Assembly: GCF_018350175.1 (NCBI RefSeq)
Contig: NC_058368.1
Location: 228,038,001 to 228,102,000 of the forward strand
Origin: Felis catus
Taxonomy: Eukaryota
Direction: 5' to 3'
DNA length: 64,000 bases
The notes below the pieces were generated by a model, which saw only the letters and a program-made list of their open reading frames with translations, had not been told where the DNA came from and did no database searches. The position numbers and the translations under genes were made by a program. Positions 10,076 through 23,600 of this stretch are shown piece after piece. The stretch's first letter is position 1, and the number at the start of each line of letters is the position of its first letter.

Positions 10076-13000
10076 TTAAATTTTTTTTTTCAACGTTTAT
10101 TTATTTTTGGGACAGAGAGAGACAGAGCATGAACGGGGGAGGGGCAGAGAGAGAGGGAGACACAGAATCGGAAACAGGCTCCAGGCTCTGAGCCATCAGC
10201 CCAGAGCCCGACGCGGGGCTCGAACTCACGGACCGCGAGATCGTGACCTGGCTGAAGTCAGACGCTTAACCGACTGCGCCACCCAGGCGCCCCTGTGTGT
10301 GTGTTTTAAAATTAGCATCATCATGGGGTGCCTGGGTGGCTCAGTTGGTTAAGCATCCAACTCTTGATTTCAGCTCAGGTCATGATCTCACAGTTCATGG
10401 GTTGGAGCCCTGTGTCGGGCTCTATGCTGGCAGTGCGGAACCTGCTTGGGATTCTCTCTCCCTCTCTCTCTGTCCCTTCCTCTCTCTCTCTTTCAAAATA
10501 AATAAATCAACATTAAAAAATAAAATTAGCATCATCTTAATTGTTTAACTTGCATTTTAATTAGGTGAGCCTTCAAAAGTGTGACGTATTTGAACTGAAA
10601 ACCCTGAAGGAGCCGATAGACTACTTGAGTCTAGCTCATAACCCTGAGACTCTGGAGAAAATAGAAGCTTGTATGAGAGTATGGATCAAACAGACAGAAC
10701 AGGTAATTTTCAGAAAGCAAACATCAGCTTCAGATGCTACGTTACTGAACTAGTCAATGGAAGACGGTATATCTTTCGCCATTCCCATTTGCCTAAGTAT
10801 TTGACGAGTCCCTAAAAAGGTGAGGAGTTCAGTGTGGTCTTCATTTATCGTCATTAGTTAAGAAGAGATAGTAAAAAATTTGAAGAGAGGAAAGCAAGTA
10901 ACTTTAAATACTTAATGTAGCAAGAAGACTGCGCTTTGTCAATTTTTTTTTTCTCAAGGTGTATTTTACAGAGAATCTCTGTAGAAGTACAAGGAGTTTT
11001 CCAGTCAGTGTGCCTTCTAAAAGGGAGCTCGAGACTTTAAAAAAAAAAAAAAAAAGCTTAAAAAAACATTTTCAGAAAAATCCGAAATGTCGGCAGACAT
11101 TTAATCAAAAAGTAATGAAAATTAACCAACAGTTAACAATGAAAGTTAACCAACTTAAGGCATGCAGACTTTCCAAGGTTATATTGCTCTAAGGGTATAC
11201 GGTAAGTGAAGAGTCAAGGAAATGTTCTGAGGTCAGGTCCTCCAAAAGTTCATTAGAACTTTCTAAATAAGTAGTTTCCAATTTGAGCATGTTCACTAAA
11301 TTTTTGTTGAAGTTTTAAAAATGGATACAAGTAAAAGGCTGTCACTTGAAGCGTGCAAATGAATACAAATATATCATGATTCAGATTCAGATTCAGATTC
11401 AAATATACCATGATGCATAATTGATTTATTTCCCAGTGTATAACTTTCATACCGCCAGCCCCATTCAGTGGTTCACAGTTCTGCCGTGCATTATCAGGTC
11501 CTTGCTGAAAACAGCCAGCTGCGTAAGGAAGCGGATGACCTCGGGCCCCGAGCAGAGTTGGAGCACTGGAAGAAAAGACTGTCCAAATTTAACTACCTTT
11601 TGGATCAGTTAAAAGGCCCGGATGTGAAGGCTGTCTTGGCAATGCTTGCTGCTGCTAGGTCTAAACTTCTGAAGGTTGTCAGCCATTTCTTTCTGCTTTA
11701 TGAAACGGGAATGGAAATTCTCTGTGTGTATTTTCGTGTCATAGAGTAACTAGGAACAGAAAAATGTTGTTATACCTTTATGAAGAAACTTGAAGCCTGG
11801 ATAATCTTGCCCTTTTATAATTCTGGGTACTGTGGACATTGCCTTTGAATTAGGAGTATTTGTTGGCTGGTGTACATGTATGTATATGTATTATTAGAGA
11901 GCATTGCATGTAATTAAGATGTAGCTTCACATTACGATTATGTATATATTTTGAATTCAGACTAACCAGGAGTTGTAATAACAAAAACTTACTTTGATAT
12001 ATATATATATATATAATCAGCCCTAGTATATTCGTTTTATATCCCCCTGTAACAAATTACCCTAACACTTAGCAACGTAACACAGCAAACATATATTATA
12101 TCCCAGTCTGTGTGCTGTGTGTCAGGAATTTAGGGGCAACTCAGCTGGGTGCCTCTGACTCAGGATCTCTCCTGAGGTCACAGTCAGGGTGTTGGTTCAT
12201 CTGAGGCTCACCTGGGGGGAGGATCTGCCTCCAGGTTGCTCATGAGGTCATTGCAGGATTCAGTTTCTTGCTCGCTGTGGGCTGGAGGCTTCCTTCGGTT
12301 CTTACCATACAAAGTATGGGAGTGAGGGGCACGATGGATCCAGGAGCCAGTGGAGGAGAGAAAGTGTGGGTTCAAATGGAGGTGCTGCCCTCTTGATGCT
12401 CTGTCCTAGTTAGCGAGTAGATTTTATAAGGGAAGGCCTTAAAGAGATACCTTTAAACATTCGGCCCCAAAATTTAAATTGCTCTCCAACGTGGCCATAC
12501 CCCTCACTCCTGTGGATTCAGTTTTCTGTGAGATGCACAGGATAAACTGGAAGTCTGACACAACGGACCTGTGGTGGCTGTTAGCAGCTGTTATATTGGA
12601 AGTTCCTTTATAATAATTGCATAAAAATTGCTTTCCTGTCTTGTGCTTAGACTTGGCGGGAGCTGGATATTCGAATCACTGATGCAGCTAATGAAGCGAA
12701 GGACAATGTCAAATATTTGTACACACTTGAAAAATGCTGTGACCCCTTGTACAGTAGTGACCCTGTGAGTTGAAGAAACCTACTTGCTTAGTCTGCTGGT
12801 AAACCTTTTGCACTGGCGGAATCGAGCATGGAGTTTGGTTCATTAATATTAAAGTTTGTTGGAAAAGTCTTGAAACCTCCTTTTAGTCTCAAGAAAATTT
12901 TATATGTATACAGTTGACCCTTGGGCAACATGGGTTTGGACGGCGTGCGTCCACTTACACATGAGTTTTTTTTTTTCCAAAAAATACAGTATATTGCTGA

Positions 13001-16000
13001 AAGTATATTTTATCTTTCTTACCATTTTCTTTTCTCTAGCTTACTTTATTGTAAAAATATAGTATATAATACATAAAACATACAAAATATGTATTAATCA
13101 ACTGTTTATATTATCGGTAAGACTTCCAGTCAACAGTAGGCTATTAGTAGTTAAGTTTTGGGGGGCAGTCAAAAGTTGTGCATGAATTTTCAACTACATG
13201 GGGATTGGTGTGCCTGGCCCCTCATTGTTCAAGGGTCAACTGTACATATGTATATATTTATCTGTATCTATCTGTCTGTCTATCTCTCTGAGATGGATAT
13301 GCAATATTATATTTTAGAATCTTTTTTGCGTATTCCTGTTTCCATTGAGTATTGTAATTGACATTCTGGATGATACTCAAAGAGGTGTTGGAAAAGTTAT
13401 CGGTTGGTGTTTTATCTTTTAACTTTAGGGAGTGCCTGCTTTTATTGATTACAAAATTAATGTTAACCTTGTCATTAACAGACAGTTAATGTTTCTTGCA
13501 TTGAAACAAATTTGATTAACTGCATATGAGTAATAAAAATGAAATTACCTTTAAATACATCTATGTGGAGTGTTAGATAATATTTTAAAAATTTAACTAA
13601 AAATCTCTTAGCTAATTTTATTCTAATGAAGATTGAATGGTTATACTATCAGAATTTTGCTGAATTTGGTATTTGTTTCTCTGAAAACTTTTGTGGTGTC
13701 TTCTAGATATCCATGGTTGATGCTATCCCTACACTTATAAATGCAATTAAAATGATCTATACTATTTCCCATTACTATAACACCTCTGAGAAGATCACGT
13801 CTCTGTTTGTAAAGGTAAGTTCGTAGCATAGATCCCATGGTCACTTGTATTTTTTTGCAATGTTGATTTTTTGATAATTAGAAATTACCATATGGGCACA
13901 ATTCAATGTCTATGTATCCTACAATTAAAAAAAATTTAATCTGTAAATAGATATAGAATTAAGTGTATTCGTGAGGCTGATTCTTGCAAATCATAAAGCA
14001 TTATTTCCCAAAATAATTATTATAATAAATAATTGGGCTATTTTTTTAATTAAAAATTTTTTTTAAATGTTTATTCATTTTTGAGAGAGGGGAGAGACAG
14101 AGCATGAGTGGGGGAGGGGCAGAGAGAGAGGGACACACAGAATCCGAAGCAGGCTGCAGGCTCTGAGCTATCAGCACAGAGCCCAATGCGGGGCTCGAAC
14201 TCATGTACTGTGAGATCATGACCTGAGCCGAAGTTGGACACTTACCCGATTGAGCCACCCAGGCACCCCAATAATTGTGTTATTTATATAATAAAATTTT
14301 AACAAAGAGCCTTTTTGGAATTTCTTTCCCTATGTTATTTAGCACATTATTTATTCCTTTTGGGTAAATTTTAATTAAGAAAAACTATATTTAACTGGCT
14401 TTCTCCTCTTTTATATTTTATGTGCCACTTTTCCAAATTTATTTGATGCCACAGTTGTTTGCTTGGTGTTATTAGAACAGTTATCATGGTCATAAAAGCC
14501 ACTTGCAACATTTCAGTAATCCTAAAGCAATTATAATGATTCTGTCAAAAAACATAACGATGTTTAAACCGTACGTCCTAACTCATAAGCGTTTATGGTG
14601 AGCACTGTTGCTTTCCCCATTTTGAACAGTCTCTAAGAAGTAAATGACTTTCATCACCAAGGTGAAAATTTTCAATGTTGCGCTAAAATAGAGGCATTTC
14701 TGCCTCATCAGGACTTGTGTTGTGAATGCTCGCATAGTAGGAGGCATGCTTCTTCTTGGGAAGGGGTACGTCCAGCCTGAGAACTGGACAGGAGGCTCCC
14801 TTTTCTCTGCTCTCAGTCAGGCAGTTCAGGTAGAGAAAGGAGGGAAATCCATGAGATTCTTGCTCCACTTCTTCCCATGTTAAAAGGACATGTGAGGGTC
14901 GTGAGGGATATTCCCTGAGAAGGAGCCTCCAAAGCCAATTTGTATCATCGCTCCAGACTTCATGCATATTATCCGCAAGGCTTGTTTTTGTTTTTGTTTT
15001 TGTTTTTATTATTTTTTTAAATTTTTAAAATTTTATTTATTTAAAAAAAAATTTTTTTTTAAGTTTATTTTTGAGACAGAGACAGAGCATGAACGGGGGA
15101 GGGGCAGAGAGAGAGGGAGACACAGAATGGGAAGCAGGCTCCAGGCTCTGAGCCATCAGCCCAGAGCCCGACGCGGGGCTCGAACTCAGGGACCGCGAGA
15201 TCGTGACCTGAGCTGAAGTCGGACGCGCAACCGACTGAGCCACCCAGGCGCCCCCCGCAAGGCTTGTTTTTGAACAAAATTGTGAAACCGTCATTTATCT
15301 AATTTTGGAGAAGCTTTCATTATGGAGATTTTGAGATGGGTACAAAGGACAGAGAATTATACACCAGACCCCCAAGTCCCTGTCGCCCAGGTTCTGTCTG
15401 CACGTCACCCATCTTGTTCCACACTCTCCTCCAGGCTTTGCACTGCCTGTCCCAGACATCATGCCATTCCATGCATACATAGTCATCTCATTTTCCTTTT
15501 ACATTATAAAAAAGTCATAAGAAAATTCTGACTTTTTTTTTTTTTGCAGTTTGGAGAAATGGATAAAATATTAGTGGTTACGGATGTCAGCTTGAGTCTA
15601 TTCTCTTCTTCTCCTTTTTGACATTTCTGCTACAGCTCCTGGTGTCATGAAATGGTCAGGTGGACAGTCCTTTCCATGGCACTTGGAGACTGTGAGTTAC
15701 ATGTTAGAGCAGCCTACCTAAGAAGACTGGGGGAACTCTCAACAGCTTTCAGACAGGGAAGTGAATTCTCTCCTGGTTGGTCGAGATGTTCATCCTGCAT
15801 AAACCAGGGGGCCTGAATTGTTGATTGGCCACAGTGCTTCCAACTCTGTGATTTCACAAATGATTTTGACAGTACATATTAGAATCGAAGAAAGACGAAC
15901 AAATGGGAGTAGAGAGTAGAAGGGTGGTTGCCAGAGGCTGGGGAGTGTGGGCAACAGGGAGATGCTACAACTCTCAGTTATAAGATGAATAAATTCTGGG

Positions 16001-16090
16001 GAATCTAACGCACAGCATAGCTACCATAGTTAATAATACTTGTATTGTGTACTCAAAAGTTGGTAAGAGAGCAGATCTGACGTCTTTTCA

Positions 16091-16122
<32 letters not shown>

Positions 16123-19100
16123 ACACACACCACACACAGTGGTAAACTGTGAGGTGGTACATGTGTTTATCATGGTAATCATTTCACTCTGCATATGAAT
16201 GTAAAGGATCATGTTGTACACCTGAAATATAAATAATTTTTGTTTGTCTTTTGTATAAATGAGCTGGGGCAAAAAAAGAGCTGGGGCAAAAAAAGTGTTA
16301 GTGCTGGATCATGGCTGTGATGGAAAAAAAAGAAACCTAGTGTCAAGGTCACAGATTGCACACCCTGAGAGGTAGAGGAGTCAAGGACCCTCCAGTTCAG
16401 TTTATGAGTGATGGCTGTTTTATGTACTTAGCACCATTTTATTGGGAAATTCCAGGTGACGAATCAGATGATATCTGCATGTAAAGCCTACATTACCAAC
16501 AATGGAACTGCGTCCATCTGGAGCCAGCCGCAAGATGTTGTTGTGGAAAAGATATTGTCTGCAATTAAACTCAAGCAGGTAACGGTCAGCTTAATAACAC
16601 GTTTAGATAATATTTTATTATTTTCATGTGGTTTTTGCTGATGCATCTTTAATCATTTAGCAATTATCATTGTTGATTGCTGAAAAGTAATTCTTTTTGT
16701 AAAAGAGTAATTCTTTATTGTGAAGAAAATTGAATGTTAATAAATCTCCTCTCAAAATTTATGCACTTATTCTGCTGTTTTGGGGCCCTGTGATGTCCTG
16801 ATGCCACACTCAGTCCCAGAAATGCAAAGATGAGGTAGTTTCTTTAGTTTCTTGAGGATGAATTGGGAGTTAGACACCGAGTTAGGCTAATGCTAACACA
16901 GTGGGATCGAGTGGAAAGGCTGTGCCTTTGAGTTGCCTCATGAATAATTAGTAATTTGCTAGATTGGGAGTTAGGAAATGATGACATTGCCAGCTGAAGA
17001 ATGGGCACATGCAAAGGCATGACACTGGCAGGGTTTGAAGTTCCACCCTGAATTTACAGCTTCTTCCACGTGAGAGAATAAGGTTGATAACCTGGGTTAT
17101 GTTCCCTTTCTAATATTTTGGTTTTTAATTTTAAGGAATACCAGCGCTGCTTTCACAAGACAAAACAAAAGCTTAAACAAGATCCAAATGAGAAACAATT
17201 TGAATTTAGTGAGATGTATATTTTTGGAAAATTTGAAACTTTCCACCGACGTCTTACCAAGATAATAGACATCTTTACCACCTTCAGGACATACTCAGTC
17301 CTGCAAGATTCTAAAATTGAGGGGCTGGAAGACATGGTCGCTAAATACCAGGTCTGTACTTTATTTTTGTTTAAAGATTTTATTTTATTTTATTTTTTTA
17401 TTTTTATTTTTTTTGTTTTTAAATTTTTTTTTTCAACGTTATTTATTTTTGGGACAGAGAGAGACAGAGCATGAACGGGGGAGGGGCAGAGAGAGAGAGG
17501 GAGACACAGAATCGGAAACAGGCTCCAGGCTCTGAGCCATCATCAGCCCAGAGCCCAACGCGGGGCTCGAACTCCCGGACCGCGAGATCGTGACCTGGCT
17601 GAAGTCGGACGCTTAACCGACTGCGCCACCCAGGCGCCCCAAGATTTTATTTTTTTTTAAGTAACGTCTATACCCAACGTGGGACTTGAACTCACAACCC
17701 CAAGATTAAGAGTTGCACGCTCCACTGACTGAGCCAGCTAGGCGCCCCCGAGGTTCTGTCCTTTAAAACTAAATTTCCTACCTTTTCTGTAACTAAAACT
17801 TTAATATCTCGTATAAGTATTTATATTTAGAATGATTCAAATAATCTGTAATGTTAGATGTAAGCTCATGACCCTTGAACAATAAAGAAATTAAATCTAT
17901 TTGAGAATTGTGTAATGGTGCTAATATGTTCTTCTCAGGTATGTGATTATGAGAATGACTTACCAATAGTCTAAAATTAATCATCATTAGTAAGAGCATT
18001 TTCATTAGCACAAGAAAAATGTTTAAATATAACTTATTATTTCATTTATTCGTGCAAGAAATATTTAATGAAACATATACTATGCTTCAGGCACTAACTG
18101 ACACTGAGTTCTGGGTGCATCTGATTATGGCTGCATTTAATCTTTTTATTTGGACCTATGTTAGCAAAATAAAAGGGACGTATTTTAGCGAAATAAAAGA
18201 TTTTAATTTAGCCCAACAGTTTCTTTTTTTTTTTTTAATTTTTTTTTAATGTTTATTTATTTTTGAGACAGAGAGAGACAGAGCATGAATGGGGGAGGGT
18301 CAGAGAGAGGGAGACACAGAATCCGAAACAGGCTCCAGGCTCTGAGCAGTCAGCACAGAGCCCGACGCGGGGCTCGAACTCACGGACCGCGAGATCATGA
18401 CCTGAGCTGAAGTCGGACGCTTAACCGACTGAGCCACCCAGGCGCCCCTAGCCCAACAGTTTCTAATTATTTTGATTTTTAACTGCTTTATCTTGTAAGG
18501 GTAGGTATGTAACTAACCTTAGTTTTTAAAGCAGGCACAGTGATCTAATAATGTTTTGAAGAGTTTTGAAAAACAATTTCCTAACAAAATGGGTTTTGAA
18601 TTCTTAGTCTTGATATAGTTAAGTTTTTCTTGTTTGGGGACAGTGATATTAAAAGCTAATTTTTTTTTTTTGTACTTGAATTTGAAAAGAATCGTAAAAT
18701 CTACTGCCACACATTAGTTTTTGTACTCTAACAGTTTAGTCTAATATAAGGAATCTTTTTCATTTCCTGAGTAGACCAGATTTTAGGAGAGTAAGAGAAA
18801 AGACCTTTTTTATATAGCAGGAAACATTTTAGGTGGGTTGGGTGTTATCTGCAGGGTGGATAATCTATATCTGAAACCGACAGTTTTGCAAGACAAAGAC
18901 CGAATATATTCATTTACTTTTCAGCTTGGAATTTATTTATTTTCTATTCTTAATGAAAAAATAACTTTGGAGCATATGTCAAAGTTTATTTTTGAAGGAG
19001 AAGTTGAGCTATACATCTAAATGCAGATAAAGACTGTTCTAACCTGATAAAAATACTGGGAAGAGAAATAGTTCTGAAAGTCTAACGTGAAATACTGATT

Positions 19101-19783
19101 AAAATGGATGTACCAGAGGATAGTGAGATAAAATGTAGATGGTGCATGAAAGCATCTAGTGAGGTTTTTGTGTGTTACTACCAGTGTTAGAAGCTCAAAA
19201 TGGTGACCATGGAAGTGAAACTGAGGTTCCTTGTGTAGCTATCAAGGTCCTGTCCACCCCTCCTGTCTCCTCATCGGCTTCTCCTTTGATGTTCTCTGGA
19301 CACAGGTCATTTCAGTTCAGTCCACCTTGGGGCTTATAGAGCTTTTTTTCCTGGAAAGTTCTGCCTCTGGACCATCACATGGCTACTCTTTCTTGGCCTG
19401 TAGATCTTCATTTAAATGACCCTTTTGGATAGGTTTTCCTTGATCTCTGTTCTTCTTGAGCACTCAATGTCACATTACTCATTTTATCACTGTGTGAAAT
19501 TATCCTGTCCATTTACTTGTGCTTTACATAGATTCTGACCCCGTCCCGCACCGAGGCTGGACGTTCTTTGAGGGCAGGGACATTTGTTTTTTCAGCTCCT
19601 TCCTGTGTTTTCAGAGTTCACTAGCATGTAATAGGTGCACAATAAATACCCATCAAGTAAATGGTTTACTAGGTTGAGTTGGATTAGTTGGTTGAAGGTC
19701 ATGATTAATGTTTGTCAGCTTAATACTCTTAAGTGACCATTAAATCCAAACATAGAAAAGAATTTTCTAAGGACCCTAAATCA

Positions 19784-19828
<45 letters not shown>

Positions 19829-20594
19829 GCCACATTAAAATGTAGTAATGCAGATTTTCAATGCTCATAACATGATGGATGGCACCATATGTATATAGTG
19901 TCTACATAGAGCTAATTTTGTAGTTATACAGCATGAAAGAGTAGGTTGTTTTAGTTAGTAAACTTGATTCAAGGAGTTCTGCATTTTATACACTTGTCTA
20001 TTGAGAGATGTGAATTGATGTTTAAATGGAAATGACTTTGAAGAGGAGGTGATGGAAGGAGGCCCAACTTTCTTCATAAAAATTATATGCCTGTGTCAAC
20101 AATGTGGGCACCTGAGTTTGAGAATGGCTTAGTACCTGGTTAAGAATGATCATAGAGCATTATAGCTCATTATTCTGAGCAAACAAAACTTAGGATAATA
20201 GTATTCTCAAGGAGACGAGTTGCCTGATTTGTGCTTTCATAGTCACAGACTGTAGCTTTGCAGGGTAGGAGGAAGCAGTTAATTCTGGAGATTCTTGAGA
20301 CGGCAGATTGAGGTTTGATGTTTTATTTAAGACATGTGAGGCTTAGAAGGTAGATTTTCATCTGTAGATGCTACAACTATTTTCTTCCTAGGTTGGTTGT
20401 GTTCTGTTACTGCTATTTATTTTCTGAGAAGACTTAAACTTTTCAGTGAAAAATGTTTTAATAATTCTACTCTGGACTTTTAAAAAAAATTCAGATATCA
20501 TTAGTAAGAAATTAAAAAGGAATTTTCTTTAATGTTTTTACTGATTTTTGAGAGAGAGAGAGAGAGAGAGAGAGAGGCGCACAAGCGGGGGAGG

Positions 20595-20638
<44 letters not shown>

Positions 20639-23600
20639 ATTCAAAGCAGGCTCCAGGCTCTGAGCTCTCAGCACAGAGCCAGACGTGGGGCTCGAACTTA
20701 CAAGCCATGAGATCATGACCCGAACTGAAGTCAGATGCTCAACTGACTGAGCCACCCAGGCACCCCAGAGAAATTTTTAGAGAAAACACCTCTCCTGCTT
20801 TTCAGCTATGGTTTTATTTTATATTTTTCTTCAGGAATATGTAAAACCTCATGAAAATGCTTTCTAAATGATTTCTCTGAATGCACTTGGCAAGAGTCTA
20901 TTGCCCCTGATAAGCATTAAGCCATGTGAATATTTAAAGAAATAAGGCTCCTTTTAAGTTGATTTTTGAAAGATGATTATATAGGTTCTACATTTAAAGG
21001 TCCTATTTAATTGAGTATTGCAAGAATGTTGAGACAATGTCATTTCTTTCATAACATTTCAGAGTATTGTTGCCACCATAAAGAAAAAGGAATATAATTT
21101 CTTAGACCAGAGGAAAATGGATTTTGACCAGGATTATGAAGAGTTTTGCAAGCAGACTAATGACCTTCATGTAAGTTGTATAATAAAATTCCTGTTGACA
21201 GCCGTGTGTTTATTTTTTCCCCTTCTGTATGATGCTGTTGCTAATCATTAACCATTCAGAAGGGAGAGGCGGCTTCATCATAGAGGTGACCGATCGCAAC
21301 CTCAGCCTGTATTTTGTGATTTCACATTAATAATTGAAGGCTCTTTTTCATGGATTAAAGGGTCATAAATATAGCTTTGGATAATGATCTGTAATCATAC
21401 TTTTTCATGCCTTCCATCTTAGTTCTTAGAGAATTAACTTTCATCTCCTGTTGAAATGTGGAGTTATTAGAATATAGAAATTTGTTTCTGTTTGTTTGTT
21501 ACTTTATAGCAATGATTACGACCGTCTGCCAGATTGCAAAGCCAGGGTTGCAGCTGGCTTTAGAAACAGTGGTGCCAGGACCCACTCAGCACCTGGACCC
21601 CTCTTGGTCTGCAGCCCACTTCTCTCTTCCTTTCCCCTCCCGCCCCCCCCCCCCCCCCCCCCCGCCCCGCACTGACCAGCCATCTTGACTTCCAGCCCAT
21701 ATGGGGGGGGGTCTGGGTCTCTTGGAGGGGGGGAGCGGGCTGTGAGTGTTATCAGAGAAGAATCAAGGAGGGTGAGGGGGAGATGACCCCATCGGTGTCT
21801 ACCGAAGTTTCATATTCAGACTTCTTTTCATCCTAGTGAAGTCCGAAGTGTATGCCTTTCTGATTTGAAAAGGAAAATGACCATTCTGTTACTTCTTTCC
21901 CAAAAGTTCTGTTTTGAAGTCAATTCGTACATTTCAAGGAAAAAGAGCTCTGAAGGGTGGGTCCAATGGTAAAAAGGAATCATAACAAAATGAGCTAATT
22001 CTATATGTTAGGTACTGTCCTGAGCACTTTATGGGTGTTAATCGTCTGATCATCACAGAGATAACAACTGGGAGAGTCGGGATTAAATCCAGGCATTCTG
22101 GCTCTAGCATTCAAGTTTTTAACTATTATGCTAGAATAAATGTTTCGGTTGATGGGAAGATATAGTGCCTATGGTAATTTATGCAATGACCTTGTTTGGG
22201 GGCCAATTAGACATGAGGACGACGGGAAGCCGTGGGCAGTGGTGATGCTGATTCTCTGCTCCAGCTTCCCTTCCCAGCAGTTTCAGATCACACGGCACTT
22301 TAGTAGCTTGTGTGGGGGTGGATAGAAATGGACGGTGAACACCCTGAAGGCAGGGCTTGTGTTCATTCCTCTTTGTGTCTCCAGGGCGCCTTACCTAACT
22401 GGAGAGAGCGGAAGGAATGTTTGCCAAGTTAGTGTGTGAGTAAGGAATTCGTAAGAGCTCGATTTACTGCAATTAAATAAGCATCTACTGTACATCAATT
22501 AACAACTATGCTTCTTTGCTGTGGGTTATAAAGACAGAAGTAAATCAAGTAGATTTGCCCTCAGAGCTCACAGCCAGAGGCAGACATGCGATATGGTTAA
22601 AATAAACATATATATGTTAGAATAATGAGTACCTTATTTAAGGAAGGGCAAATAGTGGCTAAAATGACCAAATCCAGAAGTGTAATATTCTGATACCGTG
22701 CCCGGAAGTGAGGATTCAAAGATAAAAAGACATATTCTAAAGAAGTCCCAGGGCAACTTACAGGACAGGCCTGGAACACAGGTAGGATTTGATAATTGCG
22801 GCGACCCGTGAGGGTAGGACATGAGCCTAGGAGAATAACCCTGTCTTCTGCTTGGCTGGGACTGGTGGAGCTTCAGAGAGGAGGCTTTGGAGAGGAGGCT
22901 GATGCTAGAACAGACATGGGTGGGGGACACCAGAGGACTGGGGAAACCTTTTCAAGACTGTGCTTACTTCATATAATACCAAGAATATAATTTTATAAAT
23001 GCCCTACAGCCTGGCTTTAAAGCATTAGTTGTAGATTACTAGTGCCTATTCTCATAATTTTTTTTTAATTCAACACTATTGTTTATCTCATCTTACACCT
23101 CAGACGTGGTCTACTTGTTTCTTTGGTTGAATGACCAATTTTTCCTTTGACTTCTTTGTCTCTTTCTATTGTTTTAAAAGATTTATTTATTTATTATTTA
23201 TTTTTATAATTGCTCGTGTATTTTCCTTTATTGAGATCTTTATTTCCCCATATGGTTTCAAGGTACATATATTTTTTTAACATGCCAAGATTAAGATTTT
23301 TAAAAAAAATATAATTTATTGTCAAGTTAACTAACATACAGTATATACAGTGTGTTCTTGGCTTCGGGAATAGATTCCTATGATTCATCACTTACAACAC
23401 CCAGTGCTCATCCCAACAAGTTCCCTCCTCAGTGACCATCACCCATTTCCACTCCCCACCCCCACCATCAACCCTCAGTTTGTTCTCTTATGGTTTGCCA
23501 AGATTTTTATTTTTATTTATTTATTTTTTTAAATTTTTTTTTTCAATGTTTATTTATTTTTGGGACAGAGAGAGACAGAGCATGAACGGGGGAGGGGCAG

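Noticed and set aside
11378..11400. (ATTCAG)n and other tiny tandem duplications (16261-16294, about 30330-30361)
   Set aside because: Ordinary slippage products with no spacer structure or functional cue.
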